Positions 39,735 through 52,945 of a stretch of 64,000 nt of DNA are shown here, one piece after another. The stretch is from Selaginella moellendorffii (taxonomy: Eukaryota > Plantae > Lycopodiophyta). The notes under the pieces were generated by a model that was not told the DNA's origin, did no database searches, and was given only the letters and a program-made list of their open reading frames with translations. The stretch's first letter is position 1, and each line of letters opens with the position of its first letter. The DNA is taken from contig NW_003314350.1 in NCBI RefSeq assembly GCF_000143415.4, positions 1 to 64,000 on the forward strand, given 5' to 3'. Both the position numbers and the translations under genes were made by a program.

Positions 39735-40960
39735 CTTATTCATCTCTAGCTAGTAGCTCATCTAAGCTCGAAGAATCTGAACGGCGAAGCTTATGGGATT
39801 GAGCTTGGCTTCCAAGCCGGATCAACGTCACAGCCTTGCAATTCGCCGAGACTGCCCAGATGTTCTTCTGGCAGCTCACAGCGTGGAAGAAAAACTTGTG
39901 ATCGGTGGAAGAAGCGGTCGTCAGCTGCAGCTCCTTCCATAAGTTCTTGCCTCCAACACAATGATCCGGCCATGTCGTTCCATAGGTGCACAAAGTAGTG
40001 GCGCCGGGGCAATCCAGTCACCACTTCCCAGGAAAGATCTTGGGCAAACAAGCGTCTGTGGGCGAGCTCAAGATCACCTGGTTGTGAAAAGATTTCGTTT
40101 CCTGCGGTGGAGAACGCAGCATTGGTGCTGCGAAGCTCCATCGATTCTTGCGTGCATCGAAGACGCTCACCGAATTGCAAGGAGCTTGGGACCCAGAGCC
40201 CTGCACTCGAATCCTCCCGTGTTGGGCTCATCCTGGCGAGCAAGTACCGGCAATGCACATTCTGCTATCACATATGCCCACTTTGGGCATCTTGACGAGG
40301 CCATCAAGGTTTTCCACTCCCCTTCTCTCGGAACATCCTATTACGAGTCCTTTACGAAGAAAATCGCGTTGCTGATGCGAGGAAAGCCAGGACGTGGTGA
40401 CCTGGACGACAATAGTGAGCAAATATGCCCCGATTGGGCATCATGACGAGGCAAATGCCGCAACGAGCTCTTCAGGCTTGGCTCGGGCCGAGACATGCAT
40501 CACGCCAGCCAAATCTTCTTTGGGATGCCCCAGTGCGATGATGGTTTAGTCTCTACGTGTTCTCCCAACGGACTCCATGCCCACAATGGGAATATGGAGC
40601 AAGCAACTGCATTGTTCGATAGGATACTCATCAGGGATGACAGAGTCGCGGGGGATGTTCTTTAAGGTGCATGGAATCCCTCGTGATTCATCTCTTTTGG
40701 AACTCGCATTTCCTGATCCTCCGCCGAGAGGATCTTTAAGATGACGGTGGAGGCCGAGTGGTGTATCTATCACCTCGCGGTCCCGATCGAAGAGCTCTTG
40801 AGACGGTGACACTGAGGACTTGGAACTGGCTGTGTGTAGCGCGCAATAGATTCTTCGCAGTCCACAGCGGGTGCTTACCGGTTCTTATGACTTCAAGCAA
40901 GGCGGAGCAAGTTGCAGAGGCCTGAGCAGCCGTCTCGGGCCCAGCACTACTCGGAGTAGC
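39735..40960. pseudogene. F-box/kelch fragment (-, ~39735-40240) followed by a PPR fragment (+, ~40250-40960)
   Basis: Collinear with 19560-20580. Confidence 0.65.
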
Positions 40961-40964
40961 CGAT

Positions 40965-43900
40965 CTAGGATCGATCATTCATCGTCTTGGAGACCTTGCA
41001 AAGTTCCACTGGAACATTAGCGTCTGAGAGAATAAGAAACCAGGCCACCTGTTGCTCGGACAAGCGATCCCCTGGACCCTTGACTTCCGCCAGCTTTGCC
41101 TCTTTCTCCTTCCACAGCAGAAGATCAGGCATTCCAGCCGTCCAGTTACTGTGGTCTTCTGCAAGAAGCTTGCAAATCGCCCCTCCGATACAGACCGTTA
41201 TTGTTTGAAGGTCTTCAAGCGAGTACTTCTCCCAGTTTACCCCGCTACATGATGTCCCGTAGTGCTCTTCCCAAGTCTCCGCCACGAGTTGCCTAGCTCC
41301 GCCATCGCGTATGGCTTGAAGACGAGATTCAATAAGCGAGCTTCGGACTGGATAGAATGAATCCGTGCACAAGTCCAATGGTGCAGTCTGCAAACAAGAA
41401 CTGTAGAGCAACCACGAGAAAATGAAACAAGAACCTGAAAAGGTGTCTGGAAGGCATCTGGAACGTCTGAAAAGATAACATCCCACATGAGCAGCCCGAA
41501 CAATGTCAGCCATATGCCACTTTCTGAATGGACTCCTTTCCTGCCGCCTCCATCTTCTCCGGCATAGTATTGAAGTGCCAGGTCCTCCACACTGCATTGT
41601 TGCCCATCGTAGCCATAAAATCTGCTCTTCATTCCATTGGCATTGTTTAGCAGCCTTCCCATAATCGTCACCTTCAGAAACAGAGTTGTAGCTGAAGGCC
41701 AAATATCTGGAAGACACAGTACGTACCACCTTGTGTTTTTTCTTTAAAAGCGCTGCATATGGAGGTACTTTCCACCTTCTAGGAGGTTTTCCTAGTCGGA
41801 GAACCCTCCGTTGCAAAGCGATACGATCCCCTCCTCGAACGTTGAAATCATTTAATCCGTTTTCTGCAACGAGCAGGCTCTCTTCTAAACGCTGTAAGTG
41901 CTCCAAGTCAATAGATAGCCGGAGAGTCCAGTATCCTCTCCGGCCAGGACAATACTGCATGCTAAGGAGCTGCTTGAAGAGGTTTATAGCTTCAGCATAT
42001 CTGGTCAAGAGCCAGTTTTAGTTCAAAACCATTGTCCGCCATTGGTGAAAGAGCGTACCTGCGTTCTTTCTCCAGAAACGATGCAGCCACAGTACAGATT
42101 GTTGCATACACCCATGCAGCCGAAAATCGTGCTAAAAATGGATGATCTCGGTGTGTGCATTGATCAATTCGAGTGTAGTCCTTGCTTTTCGAAAAGAGGA
42201 GTTTACAGCCTCAGAATTACCAGCTTCCAGAGACATGTCAACCACCTGAGCCAATTGCAATGCCTGAAAACTCGACGGTCAGACAAATTTTATAACAAAG
42301 TAGGAACGGACCTGCTCATACGCCAGAAAGTCCTCTCGAGAAGCAAAGACTGGCATTGTTCTAGCGCACCTATAGTTTGGATACTTGATCCTTCCAATAT
42401 CCACAAGAAGAAAAACATGGAACTCCTGCTCACCGTTTAGAAAGAACAGCCTCTGAATAAATAAATAAATTGCTCAGCACCAGCAAGTGTAACACTTTGG
42501 AGAGGATGTCAACTGACCTGTAAACGCCAAAGTAGAACTTCAACTGTTTCGGCTATTCGAATGCATGGGCCGGTTGCTTCACGAATTAAAGCCGTTAGAT
42601 TACTGCCGCCAAGTATTTCACGCTGGTATAAAAGACCAATGATCACTTGCTACTTACAAATGCAGAGAAATCAATGCATCTCGAATTGCTGTAATAAGCT
42701 GAATCTTTTTCAAACTTAGCGTAGCACTTTTGATCTGTAAGCAGGAACAGAAATAAAAGCAAGGAAGAAAGTCTTAGAAGTAATTACCATGATTTTGGTG
42801 TTAACTGCCAAATCTTTGAGCTCCTGTACAGTCAGAAGTTCAAGCAACTCAGACGAATTGACGTCCGCGTCGAAAACTAAGTAGCGTCTCTCTGTTACAA
42901 GGGAGCAAACATATTATGAAGTACACGATGAAAGAAATTGAGTACCGACTAACTCATGGACTGCAGAGTTTGTGTCACCAAATCTTCATAGAAAATGTTC
43001 TGAAGACGGAACCATGGCCCTGCAAAACCACTGTCTCCCTTGAGTCACAGTTTGTGCGACGGCGTTTAGCTTACCCTTTCGTTGAGCCAATCTTACAAAA
43101 AGGCGCTGTCCATCAGACGAGATTGAACGAAATGCCTCGAGAAGTTCGATCTCGTCTGAAGTAAAGAGATGGAGATCCCGTTCCAATACCACTTGGAGCA
43201 TGTAGAGAAAATTCTGTTGGTATCGACAGCTGTCCCTTGTCAGCTGCATCCATCAGACGGCTCCATTTGACAGCCAGCACTTTTTCTTCTGAGAGACTTC
43301 CAATAGTCCGACTCTGGATCTCACGCAAATCAAGCTTGAGGCGTGCAGCTTCCGATGTACTCTCGGACACATATCCCTGAAAGCTTTGTGAACAATTCAA
43401 AAACGCCCCAGAGATTAGTTACCTGAACGTCTACCATGCCTTTTTCCATGAGAGGAGACAAATAACGCGAAAGCTCTTTTGGAATATGTCCCAGCGAAAG
43501 CCCATCCGCCGTAAGCACCTGGCGCAATGTTGTTGTCAGCCATGAAACACGTCCATTCACTCAAGTTTACCTTCACAGCGTATGTATCCATGGGATTTTC
43601 TGGTTCCCTTACCAGGTGAACTCGCATCCCAGCTTGGCACTCGACGTCTCTGTGGTACTTGCGGCCAGCAATCCTTGCCTCCAGGCAGCCATTGTAAAGA
43701 TCTCTAGTTTCACTGTTGAGCTCTGCAGGAAGGACGCCGTTGGCCACGTCGGGCTCCTCAAAGCTTTCAAGAGTAGAAGAAACTTCCGGTTTCGGAGACC
43801 CTGCCGCCGGGTTACAGTCGACCCCAGTCTCGAGCGGAGGAGACTGCTGGATTTCTAGTACGCAGTTTCCGCTTTCCTCGTACTCTACCTTTTTCGACAA

Positions 43901-44088
43901 GTTGAAGTGAAAGAGTGTATGCTGGACACTGTTCTTCTTTTTCGTCCCACTTTGCAGGCAAGTATCTGAACAAGAGAAACCATCGATCAGCGTGCTTGAA
44001 TCAAAACAGAGCAAAATCCAAACCAAGATGGCAGTTGACGAGAAGTTCATTCCCCAGTATTTGCTTCCCACACAGAGGGCATTCCACA
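40965..44088 (-). pseudogene. FAN1: FAN1 pseudogene: 5' end deleted, 4-bp and 8-bp frameshifting deletions, 12-bp in-frame deletion
   Basis: Compared with 49261-52577, there are deletions at ~42142, ~43230 and ~41180. The sequence switches to chitinase intron 1 at ~44090. Confidence 0.9.
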
Positions 44089-44092
44089 GCAT

Positions 44093-44513
44093 TGCTTGGC
44101 TGTAGCACTGCAATACATTCGAGAGATCAACCGAAACAACGTCTATTGTGACACTCGTCGTGGGATCCCATGTCCTGCAGGTACAAAGGCTTACTATGGA
44201 AGAGGACCTTTGCAGCTCACCTGGTAAGCTGAAAATGTTATATTCAATATTTAAAGTGTATATATACAGGAATTACAATTACGATGCTGCTGGAAAGGCT
44301 TTCAACATGAACCTCCTCCAAAATCCAGACCAGGTTGCTCAGAATGGCATCCTTTCGTGGAAGTCATCAGTGTGGTTTTGGATGCAAAATTCGAATTGCC
44401 ACACCGCAATAACACAGAACCAAGGATTTGGAGCTACAATTCGAGCCATCAATGGAGGTCAGGCATGTGGCAAGGGCAGTGAGACACACGCACAGAACCG
44501 TATCTGTTTTTAA
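44093..44513 (+). pseudogene. GH19 chitinase exons 2-3 only
   Basis: Exon 1 and promoter are deleted; the C-terminus is truncated (NRICF*). Confidence 0.88.
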
Positions 44514-44749
44514 AAGTAATTATTAATCAACTAATTAGTTCAACCTCCCTAAAGCTGTTCCTTGGTCAAGTTTCCCTGCTAGAACATGAAGGACAAGAAG
44601 ACTTAGCGAGAGAGGGGGATAGAGCATGTATACCGAGGTGTGGCTATAAAGAGACTTATTTGGAGATCATCTTCGAGTTTTAAGACAATGATCACATCGT
44701 TTCTGCATGATCAGCGACATCAAGTCGACATTCTGCTCGCCCAACAATT

Positions 44750-45135
44750 GATCCCATTTTGCAAAGTATTAACTCGAATTATGCCAATGGGGTCAATTTT
44801 GCAGTCTCTGGAGTGACTGCTTTGAACACCAGCCTCGAAGTCCCACTGTACCTTTCGGTTCAGATTGACCAGTTTCTAAGGTTCAAGCAGGATGTTTACG
44901 ACAGCAGACATGGTAAAGGTAATGATTCTTCTCAGAATTTGCAAAGGTAGTGTCATTCATGGATTCCTCTGTAGGGATGTAAAAGCTAGTTCCTTATTAT
45001 CATCATCTAAAGACTGCTCTGGATGTGGTTGTCATAAGTACTCTTGTTGGAGCATAGAAGCCCTAAGAATGTAATAGCTAAGGTTGTTCTATACGTTGTG
45101 AGAGCCATCTCTTACACATTATAGATACATAAATT
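44750..45135 (+). pseudogene. GDSL fragment (exon 1 deleted)
   Basis: GVNFAVSG motif. Same 3' breakpoint into retroelement DNA as at 11196. Confidence 0.82.
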
Positions 45136-45139
45136 CCAG

Positions 45140-47360
45140 GTTCCAAATGTATAGTAGGGATAGTGGGTAGGTCAGATATGGCTAACTAACTTGATGAATA
45201 ATCTAACTCTCGCTTGTATGCATGTCCTTGTTTTGTGTCTAACTTAGGTCTGGGCCCAAGTTTTATACTATGCTAGTTGGTGGAATACTCATATCCTTAT
45301 GTTAGGCCACTAGTATGTTGAAATAGCATCAGACTCCATTTGGCTTCGTTTCACGTATTAGTTCTGGCATTAGGATGCTCAATGCTCTAAGACTATTTTA
45401 TGTTGTTCCATGCTTTTGTCCTTTCGCTCCTTGGGCTGTATGCTCAAAAGTCACTCTGTCCTCCAGTTCTTTTGCTCCTTAGCTCCATATTTAGGAGTTT
45501 GGCTCCGTTTTTTTGTTCAATTGCGCAAGGCCTTGAAACTTGGGTTCCGCTCTACTTATGTGACATGGCATATAGAGGGTTTAAGTTTTGTTTTATGGTT
45601 ATCCTATAGTAAATCACTATAGGATAAAGGGTGAAAACCATGTGTATTACAACTTTATTATTACCTCTATACTTGTACTGGTGTAATGCACCCTATCTCT
45701 CTCCCCTTAAGCTAACTGGAAAAGGTTTATACTTTTATTGATGTAGCGCACTCTATCTCTCTCCCCTTAAACCAACTGGAAAAGGGGCAATTGCTTGATG
45801 AGAGAGCCCTTAATGGCTATTTTATTCCCATTTATCCCCCAATGTTCCAAGGATCCACGGTGACAATATATCCAAATCTCATCCCATGATCACATGCATT
45901 ATATCTGGATCTTAATAGACATTTCCTACAAAAACTTTTACCAATGAGTAAGGTGTCCTTGAAGGTCCTTTTAATGATTGAAATACTGGATTGAATCCAT
46001 AATAATTGTTATACTAATAAATGTAGAATTAATATAAAAAAAAACTGTATTGAATATTTAGTAGTTTTTAAACCTTTTCACTATTTTAGTGGAAGTCTAA
46101 TCCATATAAATAATGTTGCCATTCATTCACAACAACAATCACAACTTACAACTCTTTATCTTAAGTAGGCCAATTTCACTATATAATATCAAATTTATGG
46201 CTCATGACCGTGAAAGAATGCCTAACTTGAAGCAATATAACCCTAATAACAATATCACTCACATTATTGCTTATCATTGTTTATAGATTCCACCATAGTC
46301 ACTTTAGCATTTGTTAACCCCTTCAATGTCTAGCCTTGTGGCAATGAAAACAATTGCCCTTTACCTTGTCTATTTCTTCTTGGTCCAAATGAAATTTCTC
46401 ATCTCTATACTTTGAGCCATGATATAGCAATTGTTATTTCTTCTCTAAATATGAAACATTGGCGGGCTGGTCATCACATTGATTACCCCATAGACCATCC
46501 CATTGACCAAAGTTGATTAACGATTTTGGTGAAAAGATCTAAGCCTTAATAATAGCATCAATCAACGTTTTTAGAAAATTGTTCTTGACGTTTTGGTGCA
46601 CATCCATTGAGCTCAAACCATTGATAAAACATTGCACCTTTAACAACTCATTAGAGATACCTATAAGACTAAGACAAAGATCATGGAACTAATGGGCATA
46701 TGCATCCAAACATAAAGTCCTTTGCTTGATCTCTAGTAGCTGGTTTACAAGATTAACCTCTTTAAACTTCTTGACAAATGAAGCGTAGAAAATCTTTTTC
46801 AAATCATTTTAAGAAGTTTGCTTATAATTAGCTTTAATGTAGTTCTTCCACCACAAAGAAGCATAGCCCGTCAGCTTTGTTATAAAAAAAATAAATCTTC
46901 ACCTTATCCTATGAGAACAACTTTCTCACAATTTCAACCAAGAATCAATTCTTAGGTATCACAAATATCTAGTGATGACTTCCATTCCACAATATTATAA
47001 TCCTTAACATGTTTGATATACCAATAGTAATTATGGATTTGAGAGAAGGTCCATATGAAATAAGAAATCCTTCATGAGGTTGATAGAATCCTTAACCTCC
47101 TTAATGACATTCTGAACCTCAATAATCTAATGATTAGATTGCACTACAACACTATCAAAGTTTTTTTCCTCATCATTATAACCATCATCACTAATGCCAT
47201 ACTCCTTATCAAAATCTATATCCCACTCATTTGCCATCCCCAAAAGAACATGTTACTCCAATACCAATGAAATGAATAAGGAGTAAACCCTAGGCCAACC
47301 TCCCAACCCTTAATGCGTTACAGCGTTAAAGCCATGAAATATTCTTGGAATATTCCTGTG
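45140..47360 (-). mobile_element. Degenerate Gypsy gag region, paralog of 11200-13230
   Basis: Collinear nucleotide similarity. Confidence 0.65.
45682..45903. mobile_element. Solo LTR of the 5450-6109 TRIM family, with a ~60-bp duplicated 5' end
   Basis: TGTAGCGCAC...CACATGCATTATA matches the TRIM LTR. Flanked by ACTGG/TCTGG. Absent from the paralogous site at ~11725. Confidence 0.85.
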
Positions 47361-47362
47361 GT

Positions 47363-48313
47363 TTATGTCATATGTTCTAGCATATCGTAAATGTTTGGAT
47401 CAGCCTTTGCTGAATAGAAACATCCCATCAAGTAGGTACGGACAGTAAACATAAACTTGTTGGTAACCAATTTGCTATATGCTCTAAAAATATAATACTT
47501 ATATAGTGAATATTCCATTATCAATCTGTACATACCAAAGTTACCATCAGATTTGAGCTTGCTATTGCCCACAGATGTCCAAATACTCTCATCTGTTCAT
47601 TCGAGGCTCCAATCACCTGGGAGAGCAGAGCAAGGACAATGAATACACAGGCAAACCTTGAGCTCCCTAGCACTAAATTTTGATCCCAAGAGTGAAGAGA
47701 CAGCACTTTCATTGCTGGAGCCATACTCGTACAATGCCGAAGCACTCTAATAGGTTGAAAATAATGAACACAACTTAGAGCACACAAACACAAACTAAAT
47801 CAGCATTGATTACCGAGACTATCGTTTGGTGAATCTCCTCTGTAGAACCGATCATTTATGCTCTGATGAGAGTCAGAGTGAGGTCACTTTGACAACATTT
47901 CTCACCGTTGATTCAAATATGAGAGTAATTGTTTGGCCTCTGCAATAAAGAGCTTCGAACCAGTGACCAAAGGACCAGAAAATCATGTGGACTAAACACA
48001 AAAAGTAAGGAAAATATAAGTTCAAAAATTGCCGCCAGCCCACGTACCTTGTCCACAAAGAGCTTCGTGATGTGATCTCCAAATCTGTTTACTTGAAGAC
48101 ACAGCAAAAATTCCAACGCGTTTAAGCTCACCTGCACATTATTGATTACTTAGTGTTGGATTTTTCTGTTAAGAGAGCTTACCGCAAATGTATCCCTTTC
48201 AGCTCTTTCGTGGTCTCCCCATATACGGGTGTCAAATATGCGTAGCACGTTCTCAGCTGGACCACCCTCTAGATGACAAAGCTCTAAATGCCACCAGTTA
48301 TGACTATGCCTGC
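47363..48313 (-). pseudogene. TTC38: TTC38-like 3' exons, second copy
   Basis: Near-identical to 13240-14175. Confidence 0.72.
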
Positions 48314-48549
48314 AAGAGAAAAAACAGAAACCAGAAGTGAGTTCATATCACATCTATTTGAAAGAAGATCTTCTCAATCGTTAGATTCCAATGGAAACAT
48401 TCAGCCCTTCATCTTCCAACCTAAAGCAGATTCCTTGGAACGCAATCCTTCCTTTAAGGTGAGCGATGTTCCACGAGGCATAGCGCTACAAGTGAGTCAT
48501 TCTATCTCAACCACTCGAATCCTCCCGCATCCTGGCGAGCAAGTACCGG

Positions 48550-49255
48550 CAATGCACATTCTGCTATCACATATGCCAGACGAGGCGATCAAGGTTTTCC
48601 ACTCCCCTTCTCTCGGAACATCCTATTACGGGTCCTTTGCGAAGAAAATCGCGTTGCTGATGCGAGGAAAGCCAGGACGTGGTGACCTGGACGACAATAG
48701 TGAGCACATATGCCCCGAATGGGCATCATGACGAGGCAAATGCCGCAACGAGCTGTTCTGGCTTGGCTCGGGCCGAGACATGCATCACGCCAGCCAAATC
48801 TTCTTTGGGATGCCCCAGTGCGATGATGCCCACAGTGGGGATATGGAGCAAGCAACTGCATTGTTCGATAGGATACTCATCAAGGATGACAGAGTCGCGG
48901 CGGATGTTCTTTAAGGTGCATGGAATCCCTCGTGATTCATCTCTTTGGAACTCGCATTTCCTATCCCTCCGCAGGATCTTTAAGATGACGGTGGAGGCCG
49001 AGTAGTGACTCGCGGTCCTGATCGAAGAGCTCTTGAGATGGTGACACTGAGGACTTGGAACTGGATGTGTGTAGCGCGCAATGGATTCTTCGCAGTCCAC
49101 AGCGGGATGGAATGGCGGAGTTACTTACCGGTTCTTATGACTTCAAGCAAGGCGGAGCAAGTGCAGAGGCTTACCGGTTCTTATGACTTCAAGCAAGGCG
49201 GAGCAAGTTGCAGAGGCCTGCGCAGCCGTCTCGGCCCCGGCACTACTCGGAGTAG
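48550..49255 (+). pseudogene. PPR fragment
   Basis: VTWTTIVSTYAPNGHHDEA and RDSSLWN motifs. Confidence 0.6.
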
Positions 49256-49260
49256 CCGAT

Positions 49261-52200
49261 CTAGGATCGATCATTCATCGTCTTGGAGACCTTGCAAAGT
49301 TCCACTGGAACATTAGCGTCCGAGAGAATAAGAAACCAGGCCACCTGTTGCTCGGACAAGCGATCCCCTGGACCCTTGACTTCCGCCAGCTTTGCCTCTT
49401 TCTCCTTCCACAGCAGAAGATCAGGCATTCCAGCCGTCCAGTTACTGTGGTCTTCTGCAAGAAGCTTGCAAATCGCCGACAATCCTGGACCTCCGATACA
49501 GACCGTTATTGTTTGAAGGTCTTCAAGCGAGTACTTCTCCCAGTTTACCCCGCTACATGATGTCCCGTAGTGCTCTGCCCAAGTCTCAGCCACGAGTTGC
49601 CTAGCTCCGCCATCGCGTATGGCTTGAAGACGAGATTCAATAAGCGAGCTTCGGACTGGATAGAATGAATCCGTGCACAAGTCCAATGGTGCAGTCTGCA
49701 AACAAGAACTGTAGAGCAACCACGAGAAAATGAAACAAGAACCTGAAAAGGTGTCTGGAAGACATCTGGAACGTCTGAAAAGATAACATCCCACATGAGC
49801 AGCCCGAACAATGTCAGCCATATGCCACTTTCTGAATGGACTCCTTTCCAGCCGCCTCCATCTTCTCCGGCATAGTATTGAAGTGCCAGGTCCTCCACAC
49901 TGCATTGTTGCCCATCGTAGCCATAAAATCTGCTCTTCATTCCATTGGCATTGTTTAGCGGCCTTCCCATAATCGTCACCTTCAGAAACAGAGTTGTAGC
50001 TGAAGGCCAAATATCTGGAAGACACAGTACGTACCACCTTTTGTTTTTTCTTTAAAAGCGCTGCATATGGAGGTACTTTCCACCTTCTAGGAGGTTTTCC
50101 TAGTCGGAGAACCCTCCGTTGCAAAGCAATACGATCCCCTCCTCGGACGCTGAAATCATTTAATCCGTTTTCTGCAACGAGCAGGCTCTCTTCTAAACGC
50201 TGTAAGTGCTCCAAGTCAATAGATAGCCGGAGAGTCCAGTATCCTCTCCGTCCAGGACAATACTGCATGCTAAGGAGCTGCTTGAAGAGGTTTATAGCTT
50301 CAGCATATCTGGTCAAGAGCCAGTTTTAGTTCAAAAGTATTGTTCGCCATTGGTGAAAGAGCGTACCTGCGTTCTTTCTCCAGAAACGATGCAGCCACAG
50401 TACAGATTGTTGCATACACCCATGCAGCCGAAAATCGTGCTAAAAATGGATGCTTGATCTCGGTGTGTGCATTGATCAATTCGAGAGTAGTCCTTGCTTT
50501 TCGAAAAGAGGAGTTTACAGCCTCAGAATTACCAGCTTCCAGAGACATGTCAACCACCTGAGCCAATTGCAATGCCTGAAAACTCGACGGTCAGACAAAT
50601 TTTATAACACAGTAGGAACGGACCTGCTCATACGCCAGAAAGTCCTCTCGAGAAGCAAAGACTGGCATTGTTCTAGCGCACCTATAGCTTGGATACTTGA
50701 TCCTTCCAATATCCACAAGAAGAAAAACATGGAACTCCTGCTCACCGTTTAGAAAGAACAGCCTCTGAATAAATAAATAAATTGCTCAGCACCAGCAAGT
50801 GTAACACTTTGGAGAGGATGTCAACTGACCTGTAAACGCCAAAGTAGAACTTCAACTGTTTCGGCTATTCGAATGCATGGGCCGGTTGCTTCACGAATTA
50901 AAGCCGTTAGATTACTGCCGCCAAGTATTTCACGCTTGTATAAAAAACCAATGATCACTTGCTACTTACAAATGCAGCGAAATCAATGCATCTCGAATTG
51001 CTGTAATAAGCTGAATCTTTTTCAAACTTAGCGTAGCACTTTTGATCTGTAAGCAGGAACAGAAATAAAAACAAGGAAGAAAGTCTTAGAAGTAACTACC
51101 ATGATTTTGCTGTTCACTGCCAAATCTTTGAGCTCTTGTACAGTCAGATGTTCAAGCAACTCAGACGAATTGACGTCCGCGTCGAAAACTAAGTAGCGTC
51201 CCTCTGTTACAAGGGAGCAAACATATTATGAAGTACACGATGAAAGAAATTGAGTACCGACTAACTCATGGACTGCAGAGTTTGTGTCACCAATATCTTC
51301 ATAGAAAATGTTCTGAAGACGGAACCATGGCCCTGCAAAACCAGTCTCCCTTGAGTCATAGTTTGTCCGACGGCGTTTAGCTTACCCTTTCGTTGAGCCA
51401 ATCTTACAAAAAGGCGCTGTCCATCAGACGAGATTGAACGAAATGCCTCGAGAAGTTCGATCTCGTCTGAAGTAAAGAGATGGAGATCCCGTTCCAATAC
51501 CACTTGGAGCATGTAGAGAAAATTCTGTTGGTATCGACAGCCGTGGTCTTGTCCCTTGTCAGCTGCATCCATCAGACGGCTCCATTTGACAGCCAGCACT
51601 TTTTCTTCTGAGAGACTTCCAATAGTCCGACTCTGGATCTCACGCAAATCAAGCTTGAGGCGTGCAGCTTCCGATGTACTCTTGGAGACATATCCCTGAA
51701 ACCTTTGTGAACAATTGAAAAACGCCCCAGAGATTAGTTACCTGAACGTCTACCACGCCTTTTTCCATGAGAGGAGACAAATAACGCGAAAGCTCTTTTG
51801 GAATATGTCCCAGCGAAAGCCCATCCGCTGTAAGCACCTGGCGCAATGTTGTTGTCAGCCATGAAACACGTCCATCCAGTCAAGTTTACCTTCACAGCGT
51901 ATGTATCCATGGGATTTTCTGGTTCCCTTACCAGGTGAACTCGCATCCCAGCTTGGCACTCGACGTCTCTGTGGTACTTGCGGCCAGCAATCCTTGCCTC
52001 CAGGCAGCCATTGTAAAGATCTCTAGTTTCACTGTTGAGCTCTGCCGGAAGGACGCTGTTGGCCACGTCGGGCTCCTCAAAGCATTCAAGAGTAGAAGAA
52101 ACTTCCGGTTCCGGAGACCCTGCCGCCGTGTTACAGTCGACCCCAGTCTCGAGCGGAGGAGACTGCTGGATTTCTAGTACGCAGTTTCCGCTTTCCTCGT

Positions 52201-52577
52201 ACTCTACCTTTTTCGACAAGTTGAAGTGAAAGAGTGTATGCTGGACACTGTTCTTCTTTTTCTTCCCACGTTGCAGGCAAGTATCTGGACAAGAGACACC
52301 ATCGATCAGCGTGCTTGAATCAAAACAGAGCAAAATCCAAACCAAGATGGCAGTTGACGAGAAGTTCATTCCCGCGTATTTGCTTCCCACACACAGGGCA
52401 TTCCACCCAGTCACAACAAGCTAAGCTCAGGCCTCCTTTTATTTCCAGCGAAACATCACCGCACTCCAACTCTTCTTGCAAAGAAATAGAAGCTCGATCA
52501 CTCACCCGAGCCGGGAGTGACACATTGCGCTGCCGCTTCCCAACAAGCCGAATCAAGCTCTCACGGCCCCGGAGCAT
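49261..52577 (-). CDS. FAN1: Fanconi-associated nuclease 1 homolog, multi-exon, apparently intact
   Basis: MLRGRESLIRLVGKRQR N-terminus, UBZ-like CPVC...HLDTC, HIRAN (LVREPENPMDTYAVKV...LGHIP), SAP-like LTVQELK, RLFFLNGEQ, RRGYWTLRL, and VRR-NUC PD...EVK. The GT-AG splice joins I traced keep frame. Confidence 0.9.
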
Positions 52578-52640
52578 TGCTGAGATTACCGCATGGAACA
52601 CCGCCGAGCTGTGTGTAGGACGCTTCCTCTTCGCAGACCT

Positions 52641-52648
52641 AAACCCTA
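52641..52648. promoter_or_regulatory. Telo-box AAACCCTA upstream of FAN1
   Basis: Exact motif 64 bp from the FAN1 ATG. It reads AAACCTTA in the copy at ~23952. Confidence 0.5.
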
Positions 52649-52945
52649 GGCAAATAAAATATTTCCCTCCATTCCTTTGAATTCACTTAAGCCTCAGTAA
52701 TAAATCTTTGATCATATTAGCTTATTTTAGTGCACATCAATGAATTTTAATAGATGCCTTCAAAGTTTGGTCACTTGTATTACAAGCAAGATCTTAGCGT
52801 GCTTCGACCAAGGAGAGAAGTTAATATCTACACGGCATTTCAAGGCTGTGAAGCCCATATAAATCGCAATCCCACTCAAGGCTATAAAAACAGCCCCAAA
52901 ATTCCATTGCACAACCACGGTTCTCATACTATCCTTTTAAGTACC

